Part shown: piece by piece, positions 23,322 through 29,132 of the stretch
How the letters are laid out: every line of letters begins with the position of its first letter
Numbering within the stretch: the first letter of the stretch is position 1
Virus record (IMG/VR): IMGVR_UViG_3300037047_000010
Coordinates: 1-29,132 of that record
Source of the DNA: a virus
Lineage: Duplodnaviria; Caudoviricetes
Reading direction: 5' to 3' (one strand)
Length of the DNA: 29,132 nt
Position numbers and translations under genes: made by a program
The notes under the pieces: generated by a model
The model's database searches: none
Seen by the model: only the letters and a program-made list of their open reading frames with translations
Told to the model about the DNA's origin: nothing

Positions 23322-25285
23322 TGCCAATCACTCCATTACCCGCGCTAGACCGCACGTCAGTCAACTTCCGAAACGAGGTCGATACCTTCTTCGGCGCGCA
23401 ATTGCCGGCATTTGCCGCCGAAGCCAATGCGCTCCAGACGGACGTAAACGCCAAGCAAGCCACCGCCACAACGAAAGCAGCCGAGGCCGCAGCCTCGTCC
23501 ACAAAAGCGGGCCAGTGGGCGGAAAACGCCGAAAACGTAACCGTTGAAACCGGCAAGTACAGCGCAAAGCATCACGCGATCAAGGCCGCAGCGAGCGCCA
23601 CATCTGCCAGCGGCTCAGCATCCACGGCAACAACAAAAGCGTCCGAGGCGTCGACCAGCGCCACGAATGCCGCCTCAAGTGCGACATCAGCCGAGACCAG
23701 CGCCGGCACGGCCACAACTAAGGCGGGCGAGGCTGCGGCAAGCGCACAGGTCGCTCAGAATGCAGCCGCGAGCATCGCGGACGGCCCGGTCACTTCCGTC
23801 AACGGCAAAACCGGCGCAGCCGTGCTGGCGGCGGCCGATGTTGGCGCCGCACCGACCAGCCGCACTATCTCAGTCGGCACAGGCTTGACGGGCGGCGGGG
23901 ATCTCAGTGCAAACCGCACAATTACGCCGAGCATCGCAACGAAAGCCGAGGCCGAAGCGGGAACGATATCGACGAAGCTGATGACGCCGCTGCGTGTTAA
24001 AGAAGCCATAGCCGTACTGTCGCCAGCGACCCTCCCTATACGCACGCCAGTCAACACCCTCCCGGCATCGGGCGCCACCAGCGTTACAGAAACGCCCGAG
24101 TTGGCGGGCAGCGCATATCTGAGCCTGTACGGCATCACCCAGAGTGGGGCGCAGTTCCAGATTGCGACGAGCAACACTTTCGGCACCGTGCTCCATGACA
24201 GCGGCACGCTTGGGCCGGCCACGGCGTACACGGTTCCCGCTGGCGTGCATGCCCTGAGTACGACGTACTGGTTCCGGCTGCGCTACGTAGACGACGAAGG
24301 GGTCTGGAGCGAGTGGAGCACGCCCACCCAGTACACGACGGCAGCCACCTTTAATAGCTACATCGCTACCCCGACCGCCACGCCGAGCAACTTCGGCGAT
24401 CCGCTTGAGGGTGGTTTTTATGCGGGAATGATCTGGGGCCAGATCGCACAATCGTCGAGCAGCAAGACGCTCGCAACCGGCGCGCAGAGTTTCACGGTGC
24501 CGAGCATGACGGGCGCCCCCATCGTCTACGCAGGGCAGACGCTCGAAGTGCGCAGCCGCGCCAACCCGGCGAACAAGTTCATCGGCACCGTGACCGGCGC
24601 AGTTGGCACGACGCTCACGCTCAGCGTCACCAGCATCGGCGGCAGCGGCACATTCAGCGACTGGTCCGTCATGGCCCGTCACCGCCTCGTAGTGGCGCCG
24701 AAGGCCAGCGGCGAGCACGCGGGCATCACGCTGAAAAACGCCAACACCGCATTCCCGGCAGCGTGCCAGACACTGACCGAGGGCTGGGCCGCAACGGAGG
24801 CTATGCGCAACGCGGATACCAGCACGGTCTACCCGGCCGCCCACTGGGCGCGCGGGCTGAGCATTGGCGGCAGGGCTGATTGGTACATTCCGGCGCGTGA
24901 CGAGCTTGAGCTGTGCTGGCGGAATCTCAAGCCGGTCACGAACAGCAACTACGTCACGGCCGACCGGCCGACCGGCGCGTCTTTCAACTACGCCAACAAC
25001 GGCTCCGTCGGCGACACGTCAGCCAGCCATGGCGTAAACAACAACAGCTCGCCGACCGGTGCCGCATACACCGCCAGCAACCCTGCGCAAACTGCCGCCA
25101 CGGCATTCCGCAGCGGCGGCGCAGAGGCGTTCGAGTTCGGCTCCGCCTACTACTGGTCGTGCAGCGAATATAGCGCCTCGCTCGCGTGGTTCCAGAATCG
25201 GAACTCGTCCAACCCTGGCGCCCAGAGCAACGACAGCAAGTCGAGTACGTACCGTGTTCGGGCCGTGCGGCGGAGCATCGTATGA
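23321..25285 (+). CDS. Tail fibre / receptor-binding protein with C-terminal C-type-lectin (DUF1566/Mtd-like) domain
   Basis: Ala/Ser/Thr coiled repeats, VTSVNGKTG, Fn3-like Y.FRLRY..WSEWS, GGFYAG, DWYIPARDEL, YWSCSE..AW..RVRAVRR. Confidence 0.85.
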   Translation: MPITPLPALDRTSVNFRNEVDTFFGAQLPAFAAEANALQTDVNAKQATATTKAAEAAASSTKAGQWAENAENVTVETGKYSAKHHAIKAAASATSASGSASTATTKASEASTSATNAASSATSAETSAGTATTKAGEAAASAQVAQNAAASIADGPVTSVNGKTGAAVLAAADVGAAPTSRTISVGTGLTGGGDLSANRTITPSIATKAEAEAGTISTKLMTPLRVKEAIAVLSPATLPIRTPVNTLPASGATSVTETPELAGSAYLSLYGITQSGAQFQIATSNTFGTVLHDSGTLGPATAYTVPAGVHALSTTYWFRLRYVDDEGVWSEWSTPTQYTTAATFNSYIATPTATPSNFGDPLEGGFYAGMIWGQIAQSSSSKTLATGAQSFTVPSMTGAPIVYAGQTLEVRSRANPANKFIGTVTGAVGTTLTLSVTSIGGSGTFSDWSVMARHRLVVAPKASGEHAGITLKNANTAFPAACQTLTEGWAATEAMRNADTSTVYPAAHWARGLSIGGRADWYIPARDELELCWRNLKPVTNSNYVTADRPTGASFNYANNGSVGDTSASHGVNNNSSPTGAAYTASNPAQTAATAFRSGGAEAFEFGSAYYWSCSEYSASLAWFQNRNSSNPGAQSNDSKSSTYRVRAVRRSIV

Positions 25286-25905
25286 CCTGTGGTATTTACA
25301 AAATCACGTCTCCATCTGGAAAGGTCTACATAGGACAGTCAGTCGATATCGAGAAGCGGTTTTACGACTACATGCGATACACAAGCTGCCACAGGCAGCG
25401 GAGGCTCTATAGCTCGCTGAAATCTTACGGGGCAAAAAGCCATGTATTTGAGATTGTAGAAACCTGCGACGCTGGTGAGCTACTTGCCCGCGAGCGACAC
25501 TGGCAAGACGTGTTTGATGCGACGGGAAAGCGCGGACTGAACTGCCGCCTAACAACGGCAGATGACCGAGCGGGAAGGCTTTCGCCGGAAACGGTAGAAC
25601 TGCTGCGGCAGAAAAACGCCGGCGCCAACAACCCGAATTACGGCAAGCGCGCAGGTGAAACTTCGTGCTTTGGTCGCGCCAGGCCGGAGCAAGAGCGGGC
25701 AGCGATCCGGGCATTCCAGGCAACACGCGGCCGAATTATCGAGCAGGTCGATCCGCAAACTGGCGCAGTGCTGCGAGAGGCTAGGTGTCGTGATTACGCG
25801 GCGGAGGGTCTTTCTCAGGGGAATATATCGTCGTGCTGCACCGGGCGACTCAAGACATATAAAGGGTTCCTGTTTCGCTACAAGGAGATCGCATGCTCTA
25901 TTTAA
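25282..25905 (+). CDS. GIY-YIG homing endonuclease with NUMOD-type C-terminal DNA-binding motifs
   Basis: GIYKIT..KVYIGQS..RF, ERHW..N, GANNPNYGK, ISSCC.G..KTYKGF.FRY; ATGA-coupled start at 25282. Confidence 0.88.
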   Translation: MTCGIYKITSPSGKVYIGQSVDIEKRFYDYMRYTSCHRQRRLYSSLKSYGAKSHVFEIVETCDAGELLARERHWQDVFDATGKRGLNCRLTTADDRAGRLSPETVELLRQKNAGANNPNYGKRAGETSCFGRARPEQERAAIRAFQATRGRIIEQVDPQTGAVLREARCRDYAAEGLSQGNISSCCTGRLKTYKGFLFRYKEIACSI

Positions 25906-26390
25906 AATTCACCTACGTCGATTCTGTCACCGGAATCCCGATAACTGACGCTCCCGCCGAGAACGGCCCGGTATTTCCATCTATCGACGGGCTGGAATTC
26001 GCCTGGGCGCGCACTAGCCGCTATCCCACGGCCGTTCCCGAGTTTTTCGGCACCTGCCCGGATGACAGCTTCGTGATGCTGCCGGGCGTCCTGGATGTGA
26101 TCGGCCGAGACGACTGGGAAACGATGCGCGCGGACGAGATGCGGGCGCGAGTGCCGCAATCCGTGACCATGCGTCAGTGCCGCATCGCGCTGCTTGGTGC
26201 CGGCCTGCTCGAAGCCGTTCAGTCGTCCATCGCATCCATGCCCGGCGCCGATGGCGAGCGCGCCCGTATCGACTGGGAGTACGCGCTCGAAGTCCGCCGC
26301 GATTGGCCGCTGATTGCCTACATGGCCGGCGACCTCGGGCTGACGGATGAGCAAGTCGACGAGCTTTTCGTGACTGCTGCGACGATCTGA
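25893..26390 (+). CDS. Tail fibre-associated/assembly protein
   Basis: AAGGAG RBS; VPQSVTMRQ.RIAL..I.WEYA..LGL.DEQVDELF..AA C-terminal family motif. Confidence 0.7.
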   Translation: MLYLKFTYVDSVTGIPITDAPAENGPVFPSIDGLEFAWARTSRYPTAVPEFFGTCPDDSFVMLPGVLDVIGRDDWETMRADEMRARVPQSVTMRQCRIALLGAGLLEAVQSSIASMPGADGERARIDWEYALEVRRDWPLIAYMAGDLGLTDEQVDELFVTAATI

Positions 26391-26408
26391 CCGCATCGCA
26401 ACACCCAG

Positions 26409-26432
26409 ACCCGCTTCGGCGGGTTTTTCTTT
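26409..26432 (+). terminator. Intrinsic terminator
   Basis: ACCCGC-TTCG-GCGGGTTTTTCTTT. Confidence 0.85.
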
Positions 26433-26446
26433 GCCTGGAGTTTCCC

Positions 26447-26887
26447 ATGCACACATCCGAAACCGGCCTGGCGCTAATCCGCCAGTTCGAGGGCTTGCGC
26501 CTGCTCGCGTACAAATGCGCGGCGGGCGTGCCATCCATCGGCTATGGCCACACGGCTACGGCCAAGATGGGCCAGTCCATCACAAAGGAGCGCGCCGAGG
26601 AGCTGCTGCGCGAAGACGTGGCGCGGTTCGAGGGCCATGTGCGCCGCATGGTCCGCGCGCCGATCACGCAGGGCCAGTTCGATGCACTGGTGGCGTTCGC
26701 GTTCAACGTCGGCCACGGCGCACTTGAGCGCTCGACCCTGCTGCGCCTGCTCAACGACGGCAAATACGACGAGGCGGCATTGCAGTTCGGCCGCTGGGTC
26801 AAGGGCGGCGGCAAAGAGCTGCCCGGCCTTGTTCGTCGCCGTGCTGCTGAGCGGGCGCTGTTCGAGGGGGAGTCCGTATGCGCCTAA
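26447..26887 (+). CDS. Endolysin, GH24 lysozyme
   Basis: FEGLRL.AY.C..G...IGYGHT, QGQFDALV.F.FNVG, STLLR.LN, LPGLVRRR.AE..LF; no SAR domain. Confidence 0.92.
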   Translation: MHTSETGLALIRQFEGLRLLAYKCAAGVPSIGYGHTATAKMGQSITKERAEELLREDVARFEGHVRRMVRAPITQGQFDALVAFAFNVGHGALERSTLLRLLNDGKYDEAALQFGRWVKGGGKELPGLVRRRAAERALFEGESVCA

Positions 26888-27060
26888 TCACCCTCTGCCT
26901 GCTCGCCACCCTCTCGGGCTGCACAGTCACGCAGTCCGCGCAATACGCGGTCGCTCGCTACTGCGCGCTGCCGGAGCAGGCTCGGTCTGTGAGTCGCGCG
27001 GCTGTCGGTCGGGCGCTTGAGCCGAATCGCCTGCTGATTGAATGCGGAGGTGACCGATGA
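26878..27060 (+). CDS. Small lipoprotein
   Basis: Signal peptide with LSGC lipobox; two further Cys; coupled to both neighbours. Confidence 0.75.
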   Translation: MRLITLCLLATLSGCTVTQSAQYAVARYCALPEQARSVSRAAVGRALEPNRLLIECGGDR

Positions 27061-27449
27061 CCGGCTTCGACTCGCGCCTCGAGGTGCGCGCCCATGAGCC
27101 TGGCGAGTGGCTCGTCATCCGGCCGCTGCAATACGCGCCCCGGCAGGGCAAGGCCATCACTGTGCCGGCTGGGTTCATTACCGATCTGGCTTCGATTCCG
27201 CGCCTGCTCCGCAGCGTCTACGACACGCAAGACGAATGCCGCGAGCCTGCGGTGCTGCATGACTATCTCTACTGCGTCCAGTTCGGTGATCGCTCGGAGG
27301 CCGACGCGCTTTTCCTCGAAGCCCTGGAGCGTGCCGGCGTCGGGCTACTCAAGCGCCGGTCGATGTGGCTCGGGGTTCGGGCTGGGGGTTGGGTGTACTG
27401 GCGGAAAAGGGAGGGGGATTCGATTCAGGGGGATTTTGCGGAGGTGTGA
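27057..27449 (+). CDS. DUF1353 family protein
   Basis: VPAGFITDLASIPR..AVLHDYLY..R.EAD.LF.EAL..GVR.GGW signature. Confidence 0.85.
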   Translation: MTGFDSRLEVRAHEPGEWLVIRPLQYAPRQGKAITVPAGFITDLASIPRLLRSVYDTQDECREPAVLHDYLYCVQFGDRSEADALFLEALERAGVGLLKRRSMWLGVRAGGWVYWRKREGDSIQGDFAEV

Positions 27450-27478
27450 GCGGGGCGCCCGGACGGGCTGAGAGGGGG

Positions 27479-27508
27479 TGCGTGACTTTTGCGTGACTTT
27501 CTCACGCA
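27479..27508. repeat. Integrase arm-type repeats (prophage side)
   Basis: TGCGTGACTTT twice in tandem (27479-27500) plus inverted TCACGCA, ~80 bp from the att core. Confidence 0.65.
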
Positions 27509-27588
27509 GTCATCGGCATTGATGGGCATTCAGTTGCAGCGAGCGCCCGTGGTTGCTGGGGTTTGCGCGGGCTCCAGATCGCCCTGCG

Positions 27589-27636
27589 TGCATGGGGTGC
27601 AAGGGGTCGAGTGTTCGAATCACTCCGTCCCGACCA
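27589..27636 (+). other. att core: 3' part of tRNA-Pro(GGG), prophage right junction
   Basis: TGCATGGGGTGCAAGGGGTCGAGTGTTCGAATCACTCCGTCCCGACCA has an anticodon arm, T arm and CCA; the D arm and 5' acceptor strand are absent upstream. Confidence 0.88.
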
Positions 27637-27647
27637 AAAATCCCTAG

Positions 27648-27682
27648 AAAATCCAGTCACTTAGCGGTGACTGGATTTTTTT
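27648..27682 (+). terminator. Intrinsic terminator downstream of the tRNA fragment
   Basis: AAAATCCAGTCAC-TTAGCG-GTGACTGGATTTTTTT. Confidence 0.85.
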
Positions 27683-27723
27683 ATGCCTGATGGTTTTTGT
27701 TTCGCCCTTGGAAAGAGGGTTCG

Positions 27724-27745
27724 TGGTTGCCAATTGGTTGCCAAT
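27724..27745. repeat. Second 11-bp tandem repeat (possible arm sites)
   Basis: TGGTTGCCAAT twice, ~90 bp right of the att core. Confidence 0.55.
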
Positions 27746-27851
27746 TGAGATTGGCTTGTGAACCATAGGGGATTAGCATCGATCAAGGGGTCGGAGCGGA
27801 TCAGCTCGCGCCTACCCGAGCCGATCCACGCATTAAGGAAGAGCACACCTA

Positions 27852-29132
27852 ATGGTTTTCAGTGAAGATTCGCGCGTCAAGATCCCCTGCATCTTGCACC
27901 TGGTTCGCCTGGGCTACAGCTACCTCTCCCTGAAGGGTGCTTCCTGGGATGAGCAAACCAATATCTTTCCGGCACTTTTTTGTTCTTCGCTGGCCAGGGT
28001 TAACCCTGGCGTGGAAGCCGATGACATCGACCGCCTGCTGGCGGAAGTCAAGCTCTTGCTGGACAACGAAGACCTCGGCCAGGCTTTCTACGACAAACTC
28101 ACCGAGCGCTCTGGCATCCGCCTGATCGACTTTGAGAATTTCGACAACAACAGCTTCCACGTTGTGACCGAGCTGCCATGCCGAAATGGTGATGATGAGT
28201 TCCGGCCCGACATCACCCTGCTTATTAATGGCATGCCACTGGCCTTCATTGAGGTCAAGAAGCCCAACAACCGCGAGGGCGTGCTGGCCGAACGCAACCG
28301 CATCATTACGCGCTGCCGCAATCTGCGCTTCCGACGCTTCATTAACATCACCCAGTTGATGGTCTTCTCCAACAACATGGAATACGAAGACGGCTCGCCG
28401 CAGCCCATCGAAGGTGCCTTCTATGCCAGCCCTTCGTATGACTTGCCAATCTTCAATTATTTCCGTGAAGAGGAAACGTTGAATCTGGCCGAGCTGCTAG
28501 CCACCGAAGATGACAACATCGAGAACGAGGTGCTGCGCGACAACAACCTCAACGTCATCAAGCACAGCCCGGAGTTCCTCAGTAATAAGGATCCCGCCGC
28601 ACCGACCAATCGTATTTGCACGTCATTGTTCAGCCGCCAACGCCTGGCTTTTCTGCTGCGTTTTGCGCTCGTCTATGTCAACGAGGCCGACGGCCTGCAA
28701 AAGCACGTCATGCGTTATCCGCAGCTTTTCGCCACTAAGGCGATTGAGAGGAAGCTCGATGCCGGCGTGCACAAGGGCATCATTTGGCACACTCAGGGCA
28801 GCGGCAAAACCGCGCTTGCCTACTACAACACCCGCTTCCTGACTGACTACTTCCAGCGCCAGGGCATCATTCCCAAGTTCTATTTCATCGTCGACCGGCT
28901 CGACCTGCTCATCCAGGCCCAGCGCGAATTTACCGGGCGGGGGCTGATCGTACACAGCATCGACAGCCGTGAAGCCTTCGCTCGCGACATCAAGGCCACC
29001 CAGGTGCTGCACAACCACAGCGGCAGGCCCGAGATCACTGTGGTCAACATCCAGAAATTTCAGGATGATCCAGACGTGGTGCGTACCGAGGACTACGACG
29101 TCAACATCCAGCGCGTCTACTTCCTTGATGAG
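27852..29132 (+). CDS. hsdR: Type I restriction enzyme R subunit (3' truncated by window)
   Basis: MVFSEDSRVKIP..; nuclease RPDITLLINGMPLAFIEVKK; Walker A WHTQGSGKT; FIVDRLDL; NIQKF; ends at YFLDE (start of the DExx box). Confidence 0.92.
   Translation, partial: MVFSEDSRVKIPCILHLVRLGYSYLSLKGASWDEQTNIFPALFCSSLARVNPGVEADDIDRLLAEVKLLLDNEDLGQAFYDKLTERSGIRLIDFENFDNNSFHVVTELPCRNGDDEFRPDITLLINGMPLAFIEVKKPNNREGVLAERNRIITRCRNLRFRRFINITQLMVFSNNMEYEDGSPQPIEGAFYASPSYDLPIFNYFREEETLNLAELLATEDDNIENEVLRDNNLNVIKHSPEFLSNKDPAAPTNRICTSLFSRQRLAFLLRFALVYVNEADGLQKHVMRYPQLFATKAIERKLDAGVHKGIIWHTQGSGKTALAYYNTRFLTDYFQRQGIIPKFYFIVDRLDLLIQAQREFTGRGLIVHSIDSREAFARDIKATQVLHNHSGRPEITVVNIQKFQDDPDVVRTEDYDVNIQRVYFLDE

Larger units (their letters stand above)
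1..27636 (+). mobile_element. Prophage (siphovirus-like), right-hand part ending at a tRNA-Pro att core
   Basis: Contiguous co-oriented nin-like, terminase, portal, capsid, non-contractile tail, tape measure and lysis genes, ending at a duplicated tRNA 3' end flanked by arm-type repeats. The left end lies outside the window. Confidence 0.95.

Noticed and set aside
2751-24844. Long minus-strand ORFs (e.g. 2751-3584, 6104-6811, 7726-8433, 13076-14158, 21241-21945, 23870-24844)
   Set aside because: Antisense shadows of high-GC genes with strong codon bias; no recognisable motifs or RBS.
25030-25050. AAC-rich run as a DGR template repeat (similar run near 17482)
   Set aside because: Short Asn codon runs inside coding sequence, with no similarity to the candidate VR scaffold.
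26878-27060. o-spanin (Rz1) call for the lipoprotein
   Set aside because: Not Pro-rich and no i-spanin partner nearby; no C-terminal TM helix for a u-spanin.
27560-27636. Complete tRNA-Pro gene
   Set aside because: Only the anticodon arm through CCA is present. The upstream bases cannot form the D arm or pair as the acceptor stem, so it is an att duplicate.
1-29132. CRISPR array
   Set aside because: No regularly spaced 25-40 bp repeats seen; only 11-bp tandem repeats and terminator look-alikes.

Overview
Right-hand ~27.6 kb of a high-GC, Pseudomonas/Stutzerimonas-type siphovirus-like prophage, almost entirely on the + strand. It runs through a nin-like region (C5 DNA methyltransferase, NinB, nucleases, metallophosphoesterase, Q-like regulator), a two-gene moron, the late leader and holin, packaging and head genes, tail genes, a receptor-binding protein, a GIY-YIG endonuclease and the endolysin cassette. 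It ends at an att core made of the 3' part of tRNA-Pro(GGG) (27589-27636). A type I restriction subunit gene (hsdR, truncated by the window) follows. A 2116-bp ISL3-family element with a passenger gene sits in a terminator between head genes (8-bp target duplication). Top leads: (1) a self-contained operon at 4200-4716 with an Aca1-like HTH repressor, a palindromic operator inside a strong promoter and an unrecognised 77-aa upstream protein, i.e. a candidate new anti-CRISPR/anti-defence gene; (2) a methyltransferase apparently split over two overlapping reading frames (M.EcoHK31I-like); (3) a DGR-type C-type-lectin tail protein with no TR/RT in the window and a homing endonuclease directly downstream; (4) a lysis cassette with no recognisable spanin, carrying a lipoprotein plus a PLA2-motif DUF1353 protein. 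All family assignments come from motif recognition by eye, not from database searches.
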